From: Thermoleophilaceae bacterium
GTDB lineage: Bacteria; Actinomycetota; Thermoleophilia; Solirubrobacterales; Thermoleophilaceae
DNA: 51,090 nucleotides
Direction: 5' to 3'
Assembly (NCBI GenBank): GCA_050998555.1
Contig: JBPCQB010000110.1
Location: 1 to 51,090, forward strand
Positions 32,242 to 40,712 of this stretch are shown here, one piece after another (position 1 is the first letter of the stretch; the number at the start of each line of letters is the position of its first letter). The notes under the pieces were generated by a model. It saw only the letters and a list, made by a program, of their open reading frames with translations. It ran no database searches and had not been told where the DNA came from. The position numbers and the translations under genes were made by a program.

Positions 32242-34008
32242 TCAGGCCGCACCGGGCAGGCGGTCGGGAGCCTCCACCGGGGCCGACGCCGGGCCGTCGG
32301 GCGCCGCTCCGTTGGGCCCCGCTCCGTCGTCCGCGGGCGCGGTCCGGTGCCCCTGGGCGAGAGCTCGCTCGGCGGCCCCTCCCTCCCCAGCGCCCGGCGC
32401 CTTTCTCGCTCCGCGCTCCCCAAGCAGCGAGCCGAGCTCCGCCCACCGGCGGCGCGCGACCATTCCCGCGAGCCTAGCCCCCGATCGCCTCCACGCCGTG
32501 CGCCGCGCCCGAGCGCGCTTGCGCCTGATTCTCCACCGCTTGGCGTCCTCCTCCCGCCAGTAGGCGAGCTCGGCCAGCGGCCGGAGCACCAGCCGCGCGA
32601 GGGGCTCCGCCCCGGCGCGCCGCGGCGGGCGCAGGCGCGGGTCGGCGGCCACCGCCTCCACGGCGTCGGCCAGCCGCAGCGCGGCCGAGACCTCGATGCC
32701 TCCCGGCCGCACGAAGTCCTCGATGAACCGCCGTCCCGGCTCGGGGTCCTGCTCCCCGCGCAGGAGCACGGAGAGCTGGCCGACGTGCTGCTCGAGCGTC
32801 TCGGCCGTCTGCAGCAGCCCGCCGCTGACCTCGGTGAGGTAGTGGAAGTGCACGGTCTCGTTCTGGGAGTCGCTGAACTCCGGCGGCAGCAGCGAGTAGG
32901 AGGGCCGCCCGATCACCCCGGCGTCGATGAAGGCGCTCGTGTTCAGTCCCACGACGGCGGCGGAGTGCCAGACGGAGTCGAACAGGGTGGTCCGCCAGTC
33001 CACCCCCACCGGACTGGTGCCCGGCTCCGGCCAGATCGCCACCTCCTCCTGGTCGGGCAGGTCGAAGTCTCCGCGGCGCACCGGGCGCTTGGGATGGGGA
33101 CGGATGAGGACCCCGGCCTCGCGCACCGCCGCGTCGCCGTGCCGGCGCAGCTCGCGGACCCAGCGCTCGACGAACGGGACCTCGTCGCCGGAGATCAGCG
33201 CCGAGCCCAGGTAGAGGAGGTAGGGGCGGTCCGGCCGCAGGCCCACCCGGGCGCAGAACCCCTCGCGGGTCGTGCTCGGCCTCCAGTCGAACCAGTGGTC
33301 GAACGCCGCCGCTCCCACGGCTACCACCCGATCCTCGGGCACGCCGTGGAGGTCGACCGCCTCCCGGCGCTGGATCTCGTTCCAGACCGTCACGTTGTCG
33401 GGCTCGCCGCGGATGAGCCCCTTCGTGGTCAGGTGGTCCCAGGAGTAGGCGCTGTAGACGTTCGGGATGCCCAGGCGCTTGGCGGCGCGCAGGTGGTCGG
33501 CCTGCGGGGTCCCGAAGCGCACGAGCGGCGAGACCACCATCACGTCGGGCGCCTGCTCGGTGAGGAAGGCCTCGATCTCGGGGCTGGGCGGGACGGCGCG
33601 CTCCATCCACGCGAGCACGCCGCGCACCAGCCGGACCCCGGGCGCGGTGGCGAAGAGCCGCAGCGCCATCGTGCGGCGCACGGTGGCGGGAGCGAGCGTT
33701 CCCGCCCGCACCCACAGGCTGGGCGACGTGCGGTAGCGGGGGTGGTAGAAGCGCATGTAGTCGAGGCCGAGGCGAAGCTGGCCGGCGAGCGCGCGCCAGC
33801 GGTCGTCGGCGCGCCGGGCGGCCCACCCGCTCGTGAGCCCGGGCAGCTCGGCCTCGAGGCGCTCGATCAGCTCCCACTGGTGCGGCTGCTTGTTCGACTC
33901 GACCTCGAAGGCCACGTGCACCCGGTGCCCGCGCTCGACCAGGTGGCGCAGCGTGTACTCGAGGTTGCGCGCGTAGAGCGGGCCCTTGAGGACGAAGAGG
34001 ATCCGCAT
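32242..34008 (-). CDS. Uncharacterised GT-B-like transferase, paralog 2 of 3
   Basis: ATG at 34008 within ORF 32242..35847, overlapping the upstream stop by 1 nt (TGATG). MRILFVLKGPLYARNLEYTLRHLVERGHRVHV, PDVMVVSPLV, YSWDHLTTKGLI, WNEIQ, VLIRPHPK, HSAAVVGLNTSAFIDAGVIGRP. Confidence 0.75.
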   Translation of the reverse strand: MRILFVLKGPLYARNLEYTLRHLVERGHRVHVAFEVESNKQPHQWELIERLEAELPGLTSGWAARRADDRWRALAGQLRLGLDYMRFYHPRYRTSPSLWVRAGTLAPATVRRTMALRLFATAPGVRLVRGVLAWMERAVPPSPEIEAFLTEQAPDVMVVSPLVRFGTPQADHLRAAKRLGIPNVYSAYSWDHLTTKGLIRGEPDNVTVWNEIQRREAVDLHGVPEDRVVAVGAAAFDHWFDWRPSTTREGFCARVGLRPDRPYLLYLGSALISGDEVPFVERWVRELRRHGDAAVREAGVLIRPHPKRPVRRGDFDLPDQEEVAIWPEPGTSPVGVDWRTTLFDSVWHSAAVVGLNTSAFIDAGVIGRPSYSLLPPEFSDSQNETVHFHYLTEVSGGLLQTAETLEQHVGQLSVLLRGEQDPEPGRRFIEDFVRPGGIEVSAALRLADAVEAVAADPRLRPPRRAGAEPLARLVLRPLAELAYWREEDAKRWRIRRKRARARRTAWRRSGARLAGMVARRRWAELGSLLGERGARKAPGAGEGGAAERALAQGHRTAPADDGAGPNGAAPDGPASAPVEAPDRLPGAA

Positions 34009-35741
34009 CACTCGCCGCTGCGGGCCACGGGATCGCCCAGCTCCCGGGACGCGGGCTCGGGCAGGCCGCTGGCCGCGCCGTTCTCGCCGGGGGCCTCGAC
34101 GTCCATGGGGACGGCGACGAGGTCGGGCGTCCGCCCTCCTCGGTGCTCCCACCGGTGGCGCAGGCCGACCCAGACCACGTAGGCGTTGTGCACCGGGCGC
34201 AGGGCCAGCAGCAGCGCGGCGGGGAACACCGCCGCCCGGAGCACCGCGGTGGACGCTCCCGCGCGGCGGGGGGCCGGGGGCGGCTGCGCACACGCCTGCT
34301 CGACCGTCGCGACCAGGGCCGGGGTGGCGGCCCGGTCGAGACCGCGGGGGCGGACGAACGCCTTCACGAAGCTGCGCAGGCGCTCCCCGTAGTCGGCGCG
34401 CCCGGAAAGCACCGCGTCGAGCTGTCCCGCGTGCTCGTCGAGGCTCGAGGCCTCGGTGAGCAGGCCGGCGCCCTCGTCGGTCAGGTGGTGGAAGTGCAGC
34501 GTGCCCGACTGGGTGTCGCGGAACTCCGGCGCGAGCACCGTGAAGGCCGGTCGCCCGACGATCGCGCTCTCGATCAGCGCGCTCGTGTTCACGCCCACCA
34601 CGGCGACGCAGTGGAACATCGAGTCGAAGAAGTCGGCCTTCGCCTGCCGGGACAGGGGATCGGCGCCGGTGCGGGGCCAGACAGCCACGCCGCCGGCCCG
34701 GTCGAGGTCGGCGTCGCGCCACTGCTCGACGTTCTTCGGGTGCGGCCGGATCAGCACGCCCACCTCCCGCAGGCGCGGCGACTCGCTGGTGCGCAGGTGC
34801 GCCAGCCACTCCCGCACGAAGTCCACCTCGCGCGGGGCGATGAAGTAGGAGGAGCACAGGTACAGGAGGAAGGGACGGCCCTCGCTCAGGCCGACCTCGC
34901 GGCGGAACTCGTCCCCGTCGCGGCTGGGGGACCAGTCGAACCAGTGGTCGTAGCCGGGGGCGCCCGTCACCACCACCCCCTCCCGCGGCACCCCGTGCAG
35001 GTCGACGGCCTCGTCGCGCTGGGCCTCGTTCCACACGGTCACGAAGTCGGGCGCGTCGCGGATCAGGCCCTTGTTGGTCAGGTTGTCCCACGAGTGCACG
35101 CACAGCCCGGTGCGCACCCCGAGGCCCTTGGCGCAACGCAGGTAGGCCCCCTGCGGCGAGGCGATGTCCACGAGGGGCGTGACGAGCACGATGTCGGGGT
35201 CGCGCTCCCGCAGGAACCTGTTCACCGCCGCGCGCGTGGGCAACGAGCGCTCTACCCAGGACAGCGAGCGTCGCAGCCCACGCAGGCCGGTAGGAGTGCG
35301 CACGAGCGGTAGCCGGGCCAGGCGGCCGAGCCCGCCGCCGGCCTTCTTCTCGGCGCGGCGGCGAAGCTTCGGGGCGTCGCGGTAGCGAGGGTCGAGGTAG
35401 CGCAGGTAGTCGATCGCGCGGCCCACCTCCGCCTCCAGCCGGAACCACCCGCTCTCGAGGTTCCACAGGCCCTCCTCCCGCCACGGCACGCGTCCGTAGG
35501 TGATCCGGCCGGGGTACTCGCCCGAGAGGCGCTCGATCAGCTCCGCGCGTATCGGGGCTCCGGGGGGGTCGGTCTGAGAGCGGTCGAAGCCGACGTGCAC
35601 GGAGTGCCCGCGCTCGGCCAGCAGCCGCAGCGTGCTCTCGAAGTTGCGCGTGTAGACCTGGTGGCGCATGAAGAACACCACCCGCAGGGGGCGCTCGGCG
35701 CTCGCACGGAGCCCGTCGGGGTGGGGGCCCGCACCTGCCAT
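34008..35741 (-). CDS. Uncharacterised GT-B-like transferase, paralog 3 of 3
   Basis: ATG at 35741 overlaps the upstream stop by 1 nt. RVVFFMRHQVYTRNFESTLRLLAERGHSVHV, PDIVLVTPLV, HSWDNLTNKGLI, WNEAQ, VLIRPHPK, HCVAVVGVNTSALIESAIVGRP. Confidence 0.75.
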   Translation of the reverse strand: MAGAGPHPDGLRASAERPLRVVFFMRHQVYTRNFESTLRLLAERGHSVHVGFDRSQTDPPGAPIRAELIERLSGEYPGRITYGRVPWREEGLWNLESGWFRLEAEVGRAIDYLRYLDPRYRDAPKLRRRAEKKAGGGLGRLARLPLVRTPTGLRGLRRSLSWVERSLPTRAAVNRFLRERDPDIVLVTPLVDIASPQGAYLRCAKGLGVRTGLCVHSWDNLTNKGLIRDAPDFVTVWNEAQRDEAVDLHGVPREGVVVTGAPGYDHWFDWSPSRDGDEFRREVGLSEGRPFLLYLCSSYFIAPREVDFVREWLAHLRTSESPRLREVGVLIRPHPKNVEQWRDADLDRAGGVAVWPRTGADPLSRQAKADFFDSMFHCVAVVGVNTSALIESAIVGRPAFTVLAPEFRDTQSGTLHFHHLTDEGAGLLTEASSLDEHAGQLDAVLSGRADYGERLRSFVKAFVRPRGLDRAATPALVATVEQACAQPPPAPRRAGASTAVLRAAVFPAALLLALRPVHNAYVVWVGLRHRWEHRGGRTPDLVAVPMDVEAPGENGAASGLPEPASRELGDPVARSGE

Positions 35742-36940
35742 CAGGTGCGTACGGCCGTGGCCTCGTGGTAGAGCGGCGTGGCCCGCTCGTCGATGTAGGA
35801 GATCTCCTCGGGGGAGAGGAGCTCGCGGAACCGGGACAGGGGCTCACGGCTCACGCCGTGGCCCGTCACCCGGAAGGAGGAGTCCGCCTTGATGGGCATG
35901 CCGTTGAAGCTGGGGGTCAGGAGGCTGGGATGGAAGCTGATGTCGAGGTACTCGGCGAGGGAGCGCATGACCGTCTCGGTGTCGCTCACGAGGTCCTCGA
36001 AGGTCAACAACCGAAAGCGGTCTCCGTAGCCCTCCCGGGCGGCGAGCATCGCCCGCGAGGAGTCGATCCACAGCCCGACGGCCGTCGCCATGTCGCCGTA
36101 GTCGCGGGTACGTCCGGGTGAGGGGTTGACCTCCAGGTACCGGCGGGCGGAGAGGAACCAGGAGCGCGGGTCGCGGACGATGGAGATGAGCCGCCCGTCG
36201 GGGTAGGTGTCGAAGAACGTCCGCACGCTGTCCTCGTGCGCGTTCAGCCGGGCCGCGAAGGCCGAGACCCAGCGCTTGGGCGGTCCGTAGAGGTTGTGGT
36301 TGTCGAGCCACGCGTTGAAGTAGGAGGTCATGTAGCAGTCGAAGATCCCGCGCGGCGTGGTCGGTCGCCAGGCGGCCGCGCAGTGCTCGAAGATCGCCTT
36401 CTGCACGAGCGGGGGGAAGACGAACGGGAAGGTCTCCTCGCCGCTCTCGCGCACCTTCAGGTCCACCACCTTCGAGTAGCCCTCGGCGAAGCCCCGGGCG
36501 GTGGGTCGCTCGTAGAGCAGCCGGAACCACTCGTCGGGCCCAGTGGCCGGGTCGAGGGGCGGCCAGTCGTACTTCTTGGGGTATCCGGTGCGGAGCTCCT
36601 GCGGGTGGGCGTGGATCTCCGGGTGGCCGTCGAGCAGCTGCGAGAGGAGGGTGCCCCCGGAGCGCTGGATCTGCGAGACGAGCACGAGCGGCTGGCGGAT
36701 CTCGACCAGGTGGTCGGTGCGCTGGGCCACGATGCGCTCGTGCTCGCGGCGGCGCTCGGCGCCCGGCCCGCGACGCAGGCGGGGCCGGCCGTCCCCGACG
36801 GTGATCACGCGGCTCAGGCGCTCGCGCGCGACGGCCGCCAGGGCGCGCGGAAGCCGCCCGCGGACGGGTGTGTGCGGCGAGCCGGCGCGACCCTCCGAGG
36901 GTGTCGCCGCGGCGCCGTTTCGAGAGCTCGGGATCGGCAT
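35741..36940 (-). CDS. Sulfotransferase-family protein (Sulfotransfer_3-like)
   Basis: ATG at 36940 within ORF 35741..37390. LVLVSQIQRSGGTLLSQLL (P-loop-like PSB) and LISIVRDPRSWFLSARRY (3'-PB). A ~90-aa Arg-rich N-terminal extension means the true start may be further downstream. Confidence 0.75.
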   Translation of the reverse strand: MPIPSSRNGAAATPSEGRAGSPHTPVRGRLPRALAAVARERLSRVITVGDGRPRLRRGPGAERRREHERIVAQRTDHLVEIRQPLVLVSQIQRSGGTLLSQLLDGHPEIHAHPQELRTGYPKKYDWPPLDPATGPDEWFRLLYERPTARGFAEGYSKVVDLKVRESGEETFPFVFPPLVQKAIFEHCAAAWRPTTPRGIFDCYMTSYFNAWLDNHNLYGPPKRWVSAFAARLNAHEDSVRTFFDTYPDGRLISIVRDPRSWFLSARRYLEVNPSPGRTRDYGDMATAVGLWIDSSRAMLAAREGYGDRFRLLTFEDLVSDTETVMRSLAEYLDISFHPSLLTPSFNGMPIKADSSFRVTGHGVSREPLSRFRELLSPEEISYIDERATPLYHEATAVRT

Positions 36941-37039
36941 CAGCTGGGCTGCTCGGGGGCGCGGATCGGCTTTAGGGTAGTCGTGCCCCCCTGGCCCCTC
37001 AGGCGCCCGCGCCCGCCCTCGGCGTGCCAGTGTGGGACC

Positions 37040-38155
37040 GTGCGCGTGGGTTACGAGCTCACCGGCCTCGAGCTCGACGCGGCGGGCACGCGGCGCACCG
37101 TCGGCCGGCTCCGGCACGAGCTCGAGCCCGGTCCCGTCGATCTCGTGCCCCTCTCCCATCCGCGCCGGCCGCGGACACGCGGGCTCGGGAGCGTCGCGCG
37201 CGGCCTCTCGCGTGAGCTGGCCTACCTCCCGGTCGGGCTGCCCCGGCGGGCGGCGCGCCTGCGCCTCGACCTGCTGCACTGCCCCACGGCACTCGCGCCG
37301 GTGCGCTCTGCGATGCCATTGGTGGTGACCGTGCACGACGTGATGGCCCTCGAGCACCCGGGCTGGTTCACGCGCGCGAACGTCCTGCAACAGCGGCTGG
37401 TGCTGGGCGCCGCGGCGCGCGGCGCGGCGATGGTGATCTGCCCGTCGGCCTTCACCCGCGACCGCGTGGTGGAGCGGCTCCGGGTCGAGCGCTCCCGCAC
37501 GCGGGTGGTGCCCTGGGGAGTGGACGAGTCCTTCTCCCCCGGCCCGCGGGACGACGCCGCGCTCGAGCGCCTGGGCGTGACCGGGCGCTACCTGCTCACC
37601 GTGGGGACCCTCCAGCCCCGCAAGAACCTCGAGGCCGCGCTCGCGGCCTTCGAGCGGCTCCCCGCGGGCGACGGCGTCGAGCTGGTGGTGGCGGGCTCGC
37701 GCGGCTGGAGGGACGAGGCGCTCGTGGCCCGGATCGCCACCTCGCCCGCGGCCGGGCGGATCAGGCTCCCCGGCCGGGTCTCCGAGCCCGATCTCGTGGC
37801 CCTCTACCGCGGGGCGGAGTGCTTCGTCTATCCGTCGCGCTTCGAGGGCTTCGGGCTGCCCCCGCTCGAGGCCATGGCCTGCGGCACCCCGGTGGTGGCC
37901 GCGGACCGCACCAGCGTGCCCGAGGTGGTGGGGGACGCCGGCGTCCTGGTGGACCCCGACGACGGCGCCGCCCTGGCGGCCGCGTTGGCGCGGCTCCTGA
38001 GCTCAGGCTCCGCACGCGCCGAGGCCTCCGCGCGGGGGCGCGAGCGCGCGGCGCGCTTCACCTGGGCCCGGTGCGCGGAGGGCACGCTCGCCACCTACGC
38101 GGACGCCCTGGCGCGGGAGAGGCGGCGGAGCAGGAGGAGCACGAGCCGCCAGTAG
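37040..38155 (+). CDS. GT4-family (GT-B, retaining) glycosyltransferase
   Basis: GTG at 37040 within ORF 36236..38155. LLTVGTLQPRKNL, FVYPSRFEGFGLPPLEAMACGTPVVAADRTSVPEVVGDAGVLVDP (EX7E region). Confidence 0.85.
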   Translation: MRVGYELTGLELDAAGTRRTVGRLRHELEPGPVDLVPLSHPRRPRTRGLGSVARGLSRELAYLPVGLPRRAARLRLDLLHCPTALAPVRSAMPLVVTVHDVMALEHPGWFTRANVLQQRLVLGAAARGAAMVICPSAFTRDRVVERLRVERSRTRVVPWGVDESFSPGPRDDAALERLGVTGRYLLTVGTLQPRKNLEAALAAFERLPAGDGVELVVAGSRGWRDEALVARIATSPAAGRIRLPGRVSEPDLVALYRGAECFVYPSRFEGFGLPPLEAMACGTPVVAADRTSVPEVVGDAGVLVDPDDGAALAAALARLLSSGSARAEASARGRERAARFTWARCAEGTLATYADALARERRRSRRSTSRQ

Positions 38156-39171
38156 AGGCGCAGGAGCGCCCCGAGCGGCCGCAGCCGGCCGATACGGCCG
38201 AGGTAGCGCGACGACAGCTCGGGCACGAGCCAGGACGCGAACGTGGCCACGGGCAGCCTCGCCGTGCGCTGTATGGCACGCCGTTCCCGGAGAAGCCCGG
38301 GCAGGTCGGCCGCCACCTCGACCATGGCCTCGACCTTCTGTCGGCCCCACCCGGCGGCGAATGCCGCCGGAAGCAGAGCGAGCTCGGTGGCGATGAGCGC
38401 GGGTGCGAGCAGCACGAGCAGAGGCGTCGGGTAGACGCCCACCAGCACCCGCCAGCGGTTGGCCTCGAGGCGCCGCCACTTCGCCGCGCCCTTGGCGAAC
38501 TCGTACTCGTGATCGACCCGGGCGGTCGGCTCGACGCCCACCCGCTCGCCGGCCAGGCGCAGGCGCAGCGACAGATCCACGTCCTCGCAGTACATGAAGA
38601 ACCCGGGACGGAACCCGCCGGTGGCCTCCCAGGCCGCCCGCGTCACGGCGAGGCAGGCGCCGGACGCGAACCCCGCCTCCCTGCGCGTCGGGCCCGCCGC
38701 GTCGAGGCTCACTCCGGCTTCGCCGGCCCACGCGATCCCCGTGAAGTGCACGACGCCACCGCTCGTGTTCACCACCCGCCCTTCCTCCGCGGTCACGAGG
38801 CCCTGCCAGGCGGCCCAGCCGCGCTGGTCCTCCCACGGACGGCGGATGGCCGCCCCGAAGCCGGGGCTCGGAGCGGCGTCGGGGTTCAGGAGCAGCACTA
38901 TCTCCGTCCGGGTGAGGGCCGCGCCCTGGTTGGCCGCGGCGGCGAAGCCGGTGTTCGTGGGGTTCGCGACGACCTCCGCCGCCGGGGCCATCTCCCTCGC
39001 GGCGGCCAGCGTGCCGTCGCCCGAGGCGTTGTCCACCACCACGAGCTGGTCGTCGGGCCCGAGCTCGGCCAGCAGCGCGGGCAGGGTGCGGCGCAGCGCC
39101 GGCTCGCTGCGGTAGGTCACGATCACCACGCCGACGCCGGGGCGGGCCGGGGAGCGATCGGCGGGCCGCAC
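38095..39171 (-). CDS. GT2-family glycosyltransferase (WbbL/rhamnosyltransferase-like) with hydrophobic C-terminus
   Basis: GTG start. VGVVIVTYRSEPALRRTLPALL, LVVVDNASGDGT, LLLNPDA, FFMYCEDVDLSLRL. Confidence 0.85.
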   Translation of the reverse strand: MRPADRSPARPGVGVVIVTYRSEPALRRTLPALLAELGPDDQLVVVDNASGDGTLAAAREMAPAAEVVANPTNTGFAAAANQGAALTRTEIVLLLNPDAAPSPGFGAAIRRPWEDQRGWAAWQGLVTAEEGRVVNTSGGVVHFTGIAWAGEAGVSLDAAGPTRREAGFASGACLAVTRAAWEATGGFRPGFFMYCEDVDLSLRLRLAGERVGVEPTARVDHEYEFAKGAAKWRRLEANRWRVLVGVYPTPLLVLLAPALIATELALLPAAFAAGWGRQKVEAMVEVAADLPGLLRERRAIQRTARLPVATFASWLVPELSSRYLGRIGRLRPLGALLRLYWRLVLLLLRRLSRARASA

Positions 39172-39278
39172 CGGGGCGAGACTACGCGCGCCCGGGGCAC
39201 CGTCGAAGCGGCTCGCCCGGGTCGCGAGGACGCAGCTCGTCCGGCCTCGAGCCGCTGCTAGCTTCGCAACCCGCCGGG

Positions 39279-40712
39279 ATGCGGTTTCTGTTCACCACCC
39301 TGCAGTTCGTCGAGAGCGACTTCTACGGACGCGTGTCCGAGCGCCTGCGGGACTCAGGACACGAGGCCGTGCACCTCACGTTCTCCCGCCGGGCCGCGCG
39401 GCACCTGGCCCGCCGCGGCTTTCGCACCTTCTGCCTCCCGGACGTGATGGCCGAGGTCGGCGAGGGCCCTGGATCGGCGCACGAGGTCGAGCGCATCGAG
39501 CGCCGCTACGACATCCCCTCGCTGCGCGACGTCTACCGGTGCGACCCCGCGGTCGGCAGGCTCTCCGAGGCGCAGGCCGTGTCCCGCACGGTCCGCCACG
39601 TCCGCGCGCTCGAGCGCGTGATCGACGAGGTGCGGCCCGAGGTGATCGTCCCGGAGGTGGGCCGGGAGACCATGCGCGAGGTGGCCCTGCGCGTGGGCAC
39701 CGAGCGGGGCGCCACCGCGCTCTTCCTCGTCAACTCGCCGTTCCCGCGCCCGCTGCGGCTCTACGTCGACGCCTACGACGGGCCGATCGTGGCCCCGGAG
39801 GAGGTCCGGCCCCTGTCGCCTCCGGAGAGGGACGAGGTCGAGGGCTTCGTGTCCCGCTTCACCGAGCGGGCGAAGCCGATCCTCGCCTACCGGCGCACGT
39901 TCGTCACCGCGGGCAAGCTGCGCGACTTCGCGCGACACGTCGCCGTGCGTCTGCTCCACGAGCGCGACAACGACTACCTGCGGCCGTCGGCGTTCATCGT
40001 CAACTACGCGCGGCAGAAGGCACGCGAGGCGGGTGCGCGCCGTCTGTACGAGGAGGCGCACGGCGAGCGCCCCTTCGTCTACTTCCCCCTCCACGTGACC
40101 GACGACTACAAGATCGAGCGCGTGATCCCGCACTGCGCGGACCAGGAGTACCTGATCCGCCAGGTGGCGGACTACCTGCCCTCGGGGCACGACCTGGTGC
40201 TCAAGGAGCACCCGCACTCGCTGGGGCGCAATCCGGTGGGGATGCTCCGGCGCCTCACGCGCCTGCCCAACGTCAGGCTGGTCGATCCCTACACCAGCTC
40301 GCACGAGCTCATGCGGCGCGCCGCGGCGGTCACGGTCATCTCCTCCACCGTCGGCCTCGAGGCGCTGCTCTACGGCAAGGGCGTGCTGACCATGGGCCGG
40401 CCCTACTACGCGGGTTACGGCGTGACGCTCGACGTCGAGTCCTTCCGCGATCTCCCTCGAGCGGTGCCCGCGGTGCTCCACTTCCGGCCGGACCCCGAGC
40501 GTGTGCTCGAGTTCCTGCACGCCTGCATGCGCTCCACCTACGAGGGCCAGGTGGTCTGGCAGGACGACTCCGACGCGAACGCCTCCGCGGTGGCCGCGAC
40601 GCTCGAGCGCGCAGCGCGGGAGCAGGCCGCGCGGCCCGTGCCCGAGCGGGCCGGGGACGCGTCCCCCGAGTCCGAGCATCCGGTGGCCGTAGGCTTGGCG
40701 GGGAGCGTCTAG
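39279..40712 (+). CDS. Capsule_synth (KpsS/KpsC-like, GT107-type) CMP-ulosonic-acid transferase homologue
   Basis: PFVYFPLHVTDDYKIERV, LVLKEHPHS and VISSTVGLEALLYGKGVLTMGRPYYAGYG follow the KpsS/KpsC capsule biosynthesis pattern (F-PLQ..D.Q, K.HP, S..G.EAL..GK.V...G..Y). Confidence 0.65.
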   Translation: MRFLFTTLQFVESDFYGRVSERLRDSGHEAVHLTFSRRAARHLARRGFRTFCLPDVMAEVGEGPGSAHEVERIERRYDIPSLRDVYRCDPAVGRLSEAQAVSRTVRHVRALERVIDEVRPEVIVPEVGRETMREVALRVGTERGATALFLVNSPFPRPLRLYVDAYDGPIVAPEEVRPLSPPERDEVEGFVSRFTERAKPILAYRRTFVTAGKLRDFARHVAVRLLHERDNDYLRPSAFIVNYARQKAREAGARRLYEEAHGERPFVYFPLHVTDDYKIERVIPHCADQEYLIRQVADYLPSGHDLVLKEHPHSLGRNPVGMLRRLTRLPNVRLVDPYTSSHELMRRAAAVTVISSTVGLEALLYGKGVLTMGRPYYAGYGVTLDVESFRDLPRAVPAVLHFRPDPERVLEFLHACMRSTYEGQVVWQDDSDANASAVAATLERAAREQAARPVPERAGDASPESEHPVAVGLAGSV

